Assembly: GCA_963733095.1 (NCBI GenBank)
Contig: CAVTBV010000008.1
Coordinates: 1 to 64,000, forward strand
Source of the DNA: Candidatus Bathyarchaeota archaeon
GTDB lineage: Archaea > Thermoproteota > Bathyarchaeia > Bathyarchaeales > Bathycorpusculaceae
Length of the DNA: 64,000 nucleotides
Direction: 5' to 3'
The notes below the pieces were generated by a model that ran no database searches, was not told where the DNA came from, and saw nothing but the letters and a program-made list of their open reading frames with translations. Both the position numbers and the translations under genes were made by a program. Positions 41,326 to 49,971 of this stretch are shown one piece after another. How positions within the stretch are numbered: position 1 is the stretch's first letter; the number at the start of each line of letters is the position of its first letter.

Positions 41326-41470
41326 GGGAAGTATATTCCCGTTGAGGAAACGTTTAGCTGGGTCAACTTTGGGAGGACTCGGCGGCTCAGAGCCCACCTG
41401 GAATTGCCCTTGCGGGTCTATACCAAAACGTGCTTTGATCTGCTAAACGTTCGACCCTTATTTTTTTATT
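41326..41470. ncRNA. candidate structured RNA (family unknown)
   Basis: GC-rich island in AT-rich spacer. Closing stem aacgtttagc/gctaaacgtt, inner stems ggtcaa/ttgatc and tttgg/ccaaa, hairpins; T-tract follows. Confidence 0.4.
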
Positions 41471-41769
41471 CAATCAGATACCGGAACAATATGGCAAGAC
41501 CACTAAACTGACCAGCAATGATAATTGATTTGAAGGATTCCAGCTACTGCTTAGTTGTTATTGTTTATTCGGTGTGACAACATTTGTTTATTAATGATAT
41601 GCTGACTTGAGTAATCAGATAGAACTCTTTTGAAATAGAGGTTGCTTATTATGCTTGATTTTTCAGTTAGGAACTTTATTGATCTTTCCAGGAATACCGA
41701 TCGAGAAACATGGCTGAGTTTGAAATTTGGGGTTTTTCCAAGTGGTTTTCTGAGTAGGAGTGGCTGTTT

Positions 41770-43626
41770 GTGGCGTTAACCAGCAACTCTGATTTTTACG
41801 TCTCGATTCAAGACGCTGGCATCAATCGGCTTGTTCGGCATGTTATGTGGAAAAGGCCTTCTCTTTTTAACTATGGAACTTCGTTTGTTGCTTCTAACCC
41901 TCATCTTCTATGCCAAAATATCGATGTCGCGCCAGAGGTTCTGCAGGCTGGAAACCCCCTTGTTACAGTTATAGATTCTTTACCGATCATTGGAACATCG
42001 TTAGCACTAAACTACGCAATACAGCTCACAAAGGGAGAACTTGATTTTCATCCAGGAAATATCTTTACTCTTCCAAACGAATTAAATCCGCCATTAGGAA
42101 AACAGCGTCTTGGCGTTCATTTCCAAGTTTGCGCAGGCTTAGGCTGCCCCCCAGCCATTGGTCTTCCCACACCAGGCAAACCTTCTGTAAGAGTTCCCTC
42201 AATCGCCAATTTAACCAGGTTATCTGCAAACGACATATCCGTTTCTAAGACGGGCGGAATTTTTAATCCAAATGGCGGAGAAGTCGTTTTGCCATCACAA
42301 CAATTAGACTGTTTTTGCCTTGACTTATACGCTACGGGGGGCTCAAAAACAACGGGGTCTGTGGGAAATCAACAGATTCAGCCATTTGTGGACGGCATAG
42401 ACATCGTAGATATCGAGCCAGATCCAATAGAAAACATGATAGAATGCTACGCACTACTTGCTTTGAACCAAGGAATCCTCCCAAGTATCGGTCAGCTTAT
42501 TTCAAAATTCGCCTTTAACAATCCACTCCCGCCAGAATTGGGGACCCTTATTTTTTCTGCATCAACAACTGTTCCTAATAATCCCGCGATTGAAGACAAT
42601 CAACTCAAAGCCTTCATCAATTTAGACAACATAGTCCTTAACCTCAACATTCCCCCAACGATTTGCCAATCAAGCGGAGGGGGAAGCGGGGGTGGCGGCG
42701 GAGGCGGAGGAACCGTAACAAGGACCACTCGAAGCAGAACACGAACAGATACATTCGATTTAACCGCAGCTATTTCTGCCAAAGCATTTGGAAAAATCTT
42801 TGGGGCAATAGTTAAAGGCTTTCACTTTTCCTGCGCTGACCAAGGTAGTTATGGACCGTTTTCTGCGAATTACGATGTAGAGGCACATCTAGAAGGCGGA
42901 TCAATTCAATTGCGAAATAACGAAACCATCGAAGTCTCCGACTTAGAAGTGAAATGGGATACTTTGAGCCTAAATCTTTGCGTCGACATTCCTGAACAAT
43001 GTGTGGGCGGCGGCTGCCTTATTCCAAACCCATTTGATGGTTGCGTTCTTAGTGTGCCCAAAATATGCGTTTTCAGTGGCAACCCCGATTTCTGTTTACC
43101 GATAAATCTAAGCGGTCTGATTACTTCAGAGGTAACTTTTACTGCTGGTTTTAGGGTTTTCTACGGCATTGGCTCAGGTGTAACAAACAGATGGCAAATT
43201 GTAATAGTGCCCGAAATGCCTATTGATCTGCAAATAATCGACGTGGCTGATACGGTAGGTGACCTTTTCAAAAATCTTTTTGATTCAGCAATTGATGGAC
43301 TATTAGGCGGTCTCCCCGATTGGGCAAAAGACTTGTTGAAGGGCATTTTTGGTTCAATCGATGACATGATCCGATTCGTTCTTGACATTCCTGACGATAT
43401 AGCTGGCTGGCTTATGGATATCCTTACAAGCCTAGGGGTATTCGACGTTTTGCTATCGGGAGTCTATGATTTCTTAGCAAACAACTTACCCGCACTCGAA
43501 ATAGATGACCCCTTCAAAGCTTTAGACCAAGCCGGTCCGCTAATTCCGGTAATGGTTCCTATAGAGTTTATTGGAATTAAAATCAACTCAAACGAAATGA
43601 TTATTGAAGGAGATGTGGGGAACTAA
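41770..43626 (+). CDS. large Cys-containing two-domain hypothetical protein with poly-Gly linker
   Basis: 618-aa ORF with SD ggag; beta-rich halves joined by SSGGGSGGGGGGG. Confidence 0.8.
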   Translation: MALTSNSDFYVSIQDAGINRLVRHVMWKRPSLFNYGTSFVASNPHLLCQNIDVAPEVLQAGNPLVTVIDSLPIIGTSLALNYAIQLTKGELDFHPGNIFTLPNELNPPLGKQRLGVHFQVCAGLGCPPAIGLPTPGKPSVRVPSIANLTRLSANDISVSKTGGIFNPNGGEVVLPSQQLDCFCLDLYATGGSKTTGSVGNQQIQPFVDGIDIVDIEPDPIENMIECYALLALNQGILPSIGQLISKFAFNNPLPPELGTLIFSASTTVPNNPAIEDNQLKAFINLDNIVLNLNIPPTICQSSGGGSGGGGGGGGTVTRTTRSRTRTDTFDLTAAISAKAFGKIFGAIVKGFHFSCADQGSYGPFSANYDVEAHLEGGSIQLRNNETIEVSDLEVKWDTLSLNLCVDIPEQCVGGGCLIPNPFDGCVLSVPKICVFSGNPDFCLPINLSGLITSEVTFTAGFRVFYGIGSGVTNRWQIVIVPEMPIDLQIIDVADTVGDLFKNLFDSAIDGLLGGLPDWAKDLLKGIFGSIDDMIRFVLDIPDDIAGWLMDILTSLGVFDVLLSGVYDFLANNLPALEIDDPFKALDQAGPLIPVMVPIEFIGIKINSNEMIIEGDVGN

Positions 43627-43628
43627 AA

Positions 43629-44399
43629 ATGAAAGCCATACTTAATCCATTTGTTTTTTCTCAAGTAAACTTAGACAGCGCATCACTCACCATGCTGACT
43701 TCGGTCGTCCATAAGATCGCAGAGTCAGGAACATACGATGGCACAATTCAACGAGGATCAGACACGGTAGGCCGATTTAGATTGGCTGCTTCAGATTTAC
43801 CACCGGAAAAATGCGCAGACGAATCCAAAAATCAAGTCAATATCGACTTGAAAAGTTTGGATCTACCGGTAGCGGACCATATTGAAAGTCAATTGAAGAA
43901 TTGTTTCCAAGTCAAAACTGGAGGATACGTCGTATTTCATCTGTCAAATGGCGCTGGCGGCTACTCCGTCGAACTTCGAAAAACTGGAACCGAATGCGGG
44001 GGAAAAATAGTTTTTGACAGCCGAAAACTTAATGAAAACGACTATTTTGTTGCCACACCACTACGCCCAGGAATCTACAACATCTTAAACGTGGAAACAA
44101 AGGCAAAAGCAGAGTTAATTGTTGCTTATCCAGAAATCGGAAAAATACCTAAACAACCACAAGCAACAAAAGTTGAATGCAGCCAAAACGCAATAACGCC
44201 TGGAAAAACTAAAATCAACCCAACTGAGTCCTTATTGTTTAGTTTTATGGCATCTTCAAGAATAAAAATAGAGCTAGTCAAACCAGAAGATCGCCCTCGA
44301 GTGAACACACAAAAAAAGGAAACACAGCAATCTAAAAAACCATCGAAGAGTTTGGCTCCAAACCAGAAACCAATACGCCACCTGCGCATAAACGTCTGA
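43629..44399 (+). CDS. hypothetical beta-rich protein
   Basis: 256-aa ORF 2 bp after the 618-aa gene. Confidence 0.75.
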   Translation: MKAILNPFVFSQVNLDSASLTMLTSVVHKIAESGTYDGTIQRGSDTVGRFRLAASDLPPEKCADESKNQVNIDLKSLDLPVADHIESQLKNCFQVKTGGYVVFHLSNGAGGYSVELRKTGTECGGKIVFDSRKLNENDYFVATPLRPGIYNILNVETKAKAELIVAYPEIGKIPKQPQATKVECSQNAITPGKTKINPTESLLFSFMASSRIKIELVKPEDRPRVNTQKKETQQSKKPSKSLAPNQKPIRHLRINV

Positions 44400-44402
44400 A
44401 GC

Positions 44403-45494
44403 TTAACCACTTGGGGCTTTTCGGCCCACTTTACCTATTTCATACACAATCAAATGTGGATACTTCAGTAAAAATTTGTATAATTGAGCGTTCTCTTTTT
44501 TCAATTCAACACTTGGATCTGGCTCGTAGATATGTAATATTGCCATTTGGTTTTCGCTGAGCGCATTGGTCATTTCGCTAAGGGTAAACCAATGGTTAGG
44601 ATTATCCTTGTGCTTATGTTCTATCTTGTAACGTGGTAAACATCCGCGAAAATGGCCTCCATTTGAGAGGGCTATTCCTTTAGCAAGTTGACCAAAAAAG
44701 GGATGCGCCTCGATTATAAAGAATCTGCCTTGGTCTTTCAAAATTCTGTTAATTTTACTCAATGCTTGGCTGAATTCTTCATGGTTATGTTCCTTTCTGG
44801 AAAAGTCAAAACTCACAATGGTGTCTATCGCAACAACATAGTCAAACTCTTTAGGACGCAAATTTTCTGCAAATTCAAGAAAATCACGATGAAAAAACTC
44901 TACGTTACTAAGGCCTAACTTCTCCTTGAGTTCCTGTGCCTTAGAAATTAAAAATTTACTTTTATCTATTCCAATTACCTGTGCTCCACGTTGGGCCAAA
45001 ATGGCAGAATAAAATCCTGGTCCACATCCAAAGTCAAGGATTTTTTTTCCAGCTACATATTCTTTAGAAAAGAAATGGGTTACAAAATTGTGTACGTAAT
45101 GCTTGTAGTAGACTCTGTTTTTAGGTCGAATGTCAGAAACATCATCATAAAATTTCTTTTCAAACCAGTTTTCCATAATTGGTGGTTGCTCATTTTCTTC
45201 CAAAGCTTTACGAACTGCCTCGTTCATAGCTTTGTTGACTGCCTCAACGGCAATCTGATCAATGTTCTCGTCTATGCTTTTTTCGCCGATTACAGAAATT
45301 AACCATTCTTTGTACTCAGGTATCAATCTTTTTGCAGCTTCATACATTGTTGTTTGCAATTTCGCTAGAATTTCAAGATCCAAATTCGCAGCATTCAGAT
45401 TCTCCTTCGAGAATAGAGCAATAATTTTCCTCTTAGAAACAGTCTCTAGTGGCTTTTTGGAGGAAGTTTTGGGTGCTGATTTATTGTTTGACAA
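44403..45494 (-). CDS. class I SAM-dependent methyltransferase with N-terminal precursor-like domain
   Basis: ILDFGCGPG motif I, GIDKS, RILKDQG; residues ~1-101 align with the neighbouring precursor. Confidence 0.9.
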   Translation of the reverse strand: MSNNKSAPKTSSKKPLETVSKRKIIALFSKENLNAANLDLEILAKLQTTMYEAAKRLIPEYKEWLISVIGEKSIDENIDQIAVEAVNKAMNEAVRKALEENEQPPIMENWFEKKFYDDVSDIRPKNRVYYKHYVHNFVTHFFSKEYVAGKKILDFGCGPGFYSAILAQRGAQVIGIDKSKFLISKAQELKEKLGLSNVEFFHRDFLEFAENLRPKEFDYVVAIDTIVSFDFSRKEHNHEEFSQALSKINRILKDQGRFFIIEAHPFFGQLAKGIALSNGGHFRGCLPRYKIEHKHKDNPNHWFTLSEMTNALSENQMAILHIYEPDPSVELKKENAQLYKFLLKYPHLIVYEIGKVGRKAPSG

Positions 45495-45607
45495 AACAAT
45501 CGCTACTCCATTTTCATGAATTGGGAACTATTTATGTTTGTGAGGCATTGCAGATTTTAATTGAAGGAAATCCATATTGCGGATCGTACTGAAAAGTTCA
45601 GTAATGT

Positions 45608-47188
45608 TTAGTAAAACGGAACAATTATTTTTAAGGGATTATTTCTGGCTGTTTTTAACTTTCTTAGTCGTGCCCAGACTGAAGTTAAGATTTCATAACG
45701 ATTACTCTCTGGTCTGGGTGAATACACATAACTGTGGTTTAAGCCCATATTTCGCCTGATTGCTTCAATTCCATATTTTTGTGGATTTTGAGATATTTCT
45801 GAATCATGATAGACCCCAAAACGTGAAACATGTACCTGATCAATAAACTCATAATTCCGCTCTAAGAAATCAACAGACTGTTTGAAATCGCTTACAGTTT
45901 CTCCTGGAAAATCTACGATCATAAATGTTAGAACCCGAATTCCGCTTCTTGCAGTATTCCGAATCACCTTCTTAGCAGTGTCCAAATCATACCCTTTTTT
46001 CATTTTCTGCAATATTCTTTGAGACCCTGATTCTATGCCATACCACAAACCTATGCAACCTGCATTGCACATCTTTTCCAGCAACTTATTAGTCATTTCA
46101 GGGCGAACCCGAGCATTACCCATCCATTTTATTCCCATATCTTCTTCGATTAATAAATCACAGAATGTTTCTAGCGATTTTATATTACAATTTATAAAAC
46201 TGTCGTTGAAGCGAATGACAGACGTTCCATACTTTCCTTGCATACTTTTAATCTCGGATACAATGTCTTCGGGGGTTCGCATACGGCAAGTGTTACCCCA
46301 TAACCGTTTTTCAACACAAAAAACACAATTCCCAACACACCCTCTAGAGCCAACAACTGGCATTATAGGCATACCAAACTTATTCTGAGGATACTCACTC
46401 AATGGCAAATCATCATAAGAGGGAAAAGGCAAAGAATCAAGAGATTCCACTAATGGACGAGCCTCATTGGTAATGATTATATCTTCCGTGTTCCTGTAAG
46501 AGATTCCTTTGATTTCTTCAATTGACTCTAAACTACCGTCATACGAATTCGCAAGCTCAGAAATTGTGACCTCGCCTTCACCATGAACTACTGCATTAAT
46601 TTCGGGATAAAAAGAGAGAACTTCTTTCCAAGAGACGAATGCAGGTCCACCCAACACCGTCAAGATTCTGGGCAGACGTTTCTTCAATTTACGTGCAAGA
46701 AGAATACTCCACAACAATCCAATATGACTAATCACATGAAATCCCACAATACTTTGTTCTTTGAAAGCATGGGCAACTTCCAAAAACCAACTGTTACAAA
46801 TTTTCCAAACATCAGAGACAACTTCTAACCTTAATTCTTCATTAATCACGTGGCCGTACCCTAAATTTGAATAAGGATAACTTAATTGATCAGAGGCCTC
46901 TTTTAACATAATTTCTTCAAAAGTATCCTTGCTCTCGAACATAACAGAGCAAAGATGCGATTCAGGAATTTTTTCCTCTTTCACACTTACTCCACGATTG
47001 CTATGGCGTAAAATTTCTCTGGGCTTAATGCTTAATCCTTGGTGAAAAAGAGCTAAATTAAAAGATTTAATGTTCAAATCGAAGGTACTTACATTTTGAT
47101 TATTTGCCTTTAGGATACCTGTCAGGTAAGGGATTGCAGGATAAGGCACTAAGGAAGATACAGGGGGGATGCAAAAAAACACGGGCAT
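45608..47188 (-). CDS. B12-binding radical SAM enzyme (class B methylase-like)
   Basis: N-terminal cobalamin-binding domain (PP...P.AIPYL..IL, LGGP, GEGE), SRGCVGNCVFC, GIESGSQRIL..MKK. Confidence 0.9.
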   Translation of the reverse strand: MPVFFCIPPVSSLVPYPAIPYLTGILKANNQNVSTFDLNIKSFNLALFHQGLSIKPREILRHSNRGVSVKEEKIPESHLCSVMFESKDTFEEIMLKEASDQLSYPYSNLGYGHVINEELRLEVVSDVWKICNSWFLEVAHAFKEQSIVGFHVISHIGLLWSILLARKLKKRLPRILTVLGGPAFVSWKEVLSFYPEINAVVHGEGEVTISELANSYDGSLESIEEIKGISYRNTEDIIITNEARPLVESLDSLPFPSYDDLPLSEYPQNKFGMPIMPVVGSRGCVGNCVFCVEKRLWGNTCRMRTPEDIVSEIKSMQGKYGTSVIRFNDSFINCNIKSLETFCDLLIEEDMGIKWMGNARVRPEMTNKLLEKMCNAGCIGLWYGIESGSQRILQKMKKGYDLDTAKKVIRNTARSGIRVLTFMIVDFPGETVSDFKQSVDFLERNYEFIDQVHVSRFGVYHDSEISQNPQKYGIEAIRRNMGLNHSYVYSPRPESNRYEILTSVWARLRKLKTARNNPLKIIVPFY

Positions 47189-47351
47189 TTTGTAAATCCT
47201 TTAAATCATGTTTTGACGAAGCTTTCTGGTAACCCACTTTGGATAAGCGTGATGCTACATAATGAAACTAAGAATCATGATGCATTAATGTTATGACAAC
47301 AACTCTTATGGTCAATTACGCCCTTTTATTTGAGGGTTGAATTAAAGAACC

Positions 47352-47858
47352 TCAAACTCTACCTTGTTTCAAATTTTCTTTCAAAGCTTCACGAATTGCA
47401 ACATTCATAGCTTTGTTAACTGCCTGAGCAACCATGTCATCAATGTTCCTATTTGGTTGAGGACAATCGTTTCCACAAGAACTACATAAGGGCGTTGGAC
47501 AATCGTTTCCACAAGAACTACATAAGGGCGTTGGACAATCGTTTCCACAAGAACTACATAAGGGCGTTGGACAATCTTCAGCCACAACTCTTTCACCAAA
47601 AGAAGAATTCACCCACTGTTTGTATTCGGGCACCGTTTTTTCCACGACTTCATGAATTGTTGATTGTAGTTTCGCATATATTTCTGGATCTATTTTTTCA
47701 ATAGGGGGCATTTTTGCTAAAAGCGCATTTAGTCGTCTACTTTGCGCCCCAGTGAGTTTACTTTTTGAAACAACGGTGGTTAATTTCTTAGAAGCTATTT
47801 TAGCGGGTTTTTTATAATTAGCTTTTGTCCTTACTTTATTCTTTGGCAAAAAAATCAC
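47352..47858 (-). CDS. putative multi-core RiPP precursor, (CPTPLCSSCGND)x3
   Basis: 168-aa ORF between two radical SAM genes; all 10 Cys fall in the central repeat block. Confidence 0.8.
   Translation of the reverse strand: MIFLPKNKVRTKANYKKPAKIASKKLTTVVSKSKLTGAQSRRLNALLAKMPPIEKIDPEIYAKLQSTIHEVVEKTVPEYKQWVNSSFGERVVAEDCPTPLCSSCGNDCPTPLCSSCGNDCPTPLCSSCGNDCPQPNRNIDDMVAQAVNKAMNVAIREALKENLKQGRV
47461..47576. repeat. perfect 36-bp tandem repeat, 3.2 copies, in frame within the precursor
   Basis: ggacaatcgtttccacaagaactacataagggcgtt x3 + ggacaatc. Confidence 0.97.
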
Positions 47859-47998
47859 TAACTATTTATGATTTACCAATTATTTATGTTTATTGCACGG
47901 AACTGATTTAAGACTTATTTTTAAATAAGCCTGAGTCGATTCTACACTTTTATCAAAGATCAGCGTTGTTTGTCCATAGAGCTTTCGGTAATGGAAAT

Positions 47999-49456
47999 TT
48001 AGGTTGGTTTCTTTGCTCTCTTTTTCACCCGTCTTCGCAACTTTTTCGATTTTAGGTTTGTAGATTGCATCAGGAAATTATAAGTTAGCAAAAGTTTGAG
48101 GATTTCATTTTGAAAAGTGCAAAAATAGTTCTCTTTTATTCCAATTTTACCGGTCTTAATGTAGACATCATAGGCACAAGCTCCGCCGCAGATCCCAAGG
48201 GCAGGACAAAGCATACAATCTTTATTCTTCAGGGTGCCAAGTTCTAGCCACTCGTAAAACAATGGTTCTTCTTGAACATTCAAATCGTCTTTTACTGGAA
48301 TTTGATGTTTTCCGGAAGGATAAAACGCTTGGCAAGGCCCAACAGTTCCAGCAGGTGAAAAGAATATTTGCTGACCAAATGCAGGACAATCATACACATG
48401 AAATGCTTCCTTGAAAAAATAGCTTGCTCTTCGCACATCTATGCGATCTTCAAACATCTGAAGTTCTTTAGCTTTTAAGTATGCTCTAAAAAGATGCTGA
48501 GCTAGTTGTTTTGGGTCGGGAACTTCATATTCGGTCGGTTCCTTTAGTCTGGTTAACAAATTGAAACTTAGGCTTCTAACTCCCAATTTATGGACAAATT
48601 CAACTATTTCCTCCGCGTATTCGTAGTTCTGTTTCGTAATTGTACATGATATCCCAACATTTACTCCAAGTTCTTTCAAGAGAGCCAACGCTTTAAGTGC
48701 TGAATAAAATGTTTCTTTTCCGCCAGTAAAAACACGGTTTTTGTCTATGCTGGCCCATCCGTCTAGTGATAAACCAACACCAACATTGTGTTGCTTGAGT
48801 TTTCTAGCCAAGTCATCTGTTAATAAACTCCCGTTAGTAACGCAAGAAAACACGAATTTGTTTTTGGATGCTTGCTCCAGTTTTTCAATAATGTAGAAAA
48901 CGATTTCGCTGTTGCTAAGTGGTTCTCCTCCATAAAATGTGACTCTGTATTCTTGAACTTGTCTTGCTGCGTTAATTAGAACTTTTATGACTTTGTCCGC
49001 CAAATCCTTTGACATTGAAATGCTCGGTCCTTCAAGAGAGTTTTCAATGAAGCAGTAACCGCATCTGAAGTTGCAGTAGTCAGTCACTAAAATGTACGAC
49101 AGATTTGGCACGGGTTTTTTTCTGAGTACGCTATCTGCAATGTTATTAAACACTTTTTCTTGATCAAAGCCGCGAGGCACTATGAATTTCAACTTAATTA
49201 GCTTCTTGACGTAGCCACTTTGGTGCCCCTTGCTTAGATCTGTTAAAACCTTAACATACTCATCATTGGACAAGTATACTTTTTTCAGAGTTAAAGAATT
49301 AAAAAGACACTTCGTCGTTTCATCTATGTTAAACAGATGGATGAACGGCGAAAGAATTAACTGGGATGGTTCTTCACAGCTCGATTGTTTACCGGGATTA
49401 CTTTTGTTCAAAAGAGCATTAACCTTCGCGACTTGTTTTTTGCTAAATTTATGCAA
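47999..49456 (-). CDS. radical SAM/SPASM peptide maturase
   Basis: CNFRCGYC, FYGGEP, TNG, SLDG; SPASM C-x17-C...CMLC-x5-C-x3-C...C; RRE-like N-domain (LFNSLT...LIKLKFIV). Confidence 0.9.
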   Translation of the reverse strand: MHKFSKKQVAKVNALLNKSNPGKQSSCEEPSQLILSPFIHLFNIDETTKCLFNSLTLKKVYLSNDEYVKVLTDLSKGHQSGYVKKLIKLKFIVPRGFDQEKVFNNIADSVLRKKPVPNLSYILVTDYCNFRCGYCFIENSLEGPSISMSKDLADKVIKVLINAARQVQEYRVTFYGGEPLSNSEIVFYIIEKLEQASKNKFVFSCVTNGSLLTDDLARKLKQHNVGVGLSLDGWASIDKNRVFTGGKETFYSALKALALLKELGVNVGISCTITKQNYEYAEEIVEFVHKLGVRSLSFNLLTRLKEPTEYEVPDPKQLAQHLFRAYLKAKELQMFEDRIDVRRASYFFKEAFHVYDCPAFGQQIFFSPAGTVGPCQAFYPSGKHQIPVKDDLNVQEEPLFYEWLELGTLKNKDCMLCPALGICGGACAYDVYIKTGKIGIKENYFCTFQNEILKLLLTYNFLMQSTNLKSKKLRRRVKKRAKKPT

Positions 49457-49971
49457 CTAAAAAACCCACCTTAAGTGTTCTTAACTTATAAATCAAAGTT
49501 TTCCTTAAACTTGTAATTGCAGTTAATTTATAAATAGATTACATTCTGGAACGCAGATCAAGCAAATTGACTTCTTGGATATGATCAAAATGGGGATCCA
49601 AAACAGGCGTAAACATGTTGTCAACTCAACATAGCACCTGATGGTAAGCCTCTGTCATTTTCTGCTTGAATCTTTTAAATAATAGTTGTCTATTTCACCA
49701 AAAATTTCCAAAGTAAAACTGGTATGTGCCCAATCAAATCCGACTTCCACTAAATATTAAACAAGCTGCAAATACTAAGAGGCACAGGTTACAGTGTGCG
49801 TACACCCAGTAAGCATAGCCATCTCCAATCGCAGATTAGAGAAAATTAGATTAAGAAGCCTCAAAACAAAAAAGGTCAAGAAGCGAATTTGTGGAGCAAC
49901 ATTTTGAAGACGTATTCTTTAAACAAAGGAATTAAAATGCTTACCTACTTGCAGGTTTTTTTACCGGTTAG

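Noticed and set aside
42673-42712. GGN-rich tract as a regulatory repeat or G-quadruplex
   Set aside because: It encodes the poly-Gly linker of the 618-aa protein.
47461-47576. 36-bp repeats as a CRISPR array
   Set aside because: Units are head-to-tail with no spacers, lie in frame inside an ORF, and no cas genes are present.
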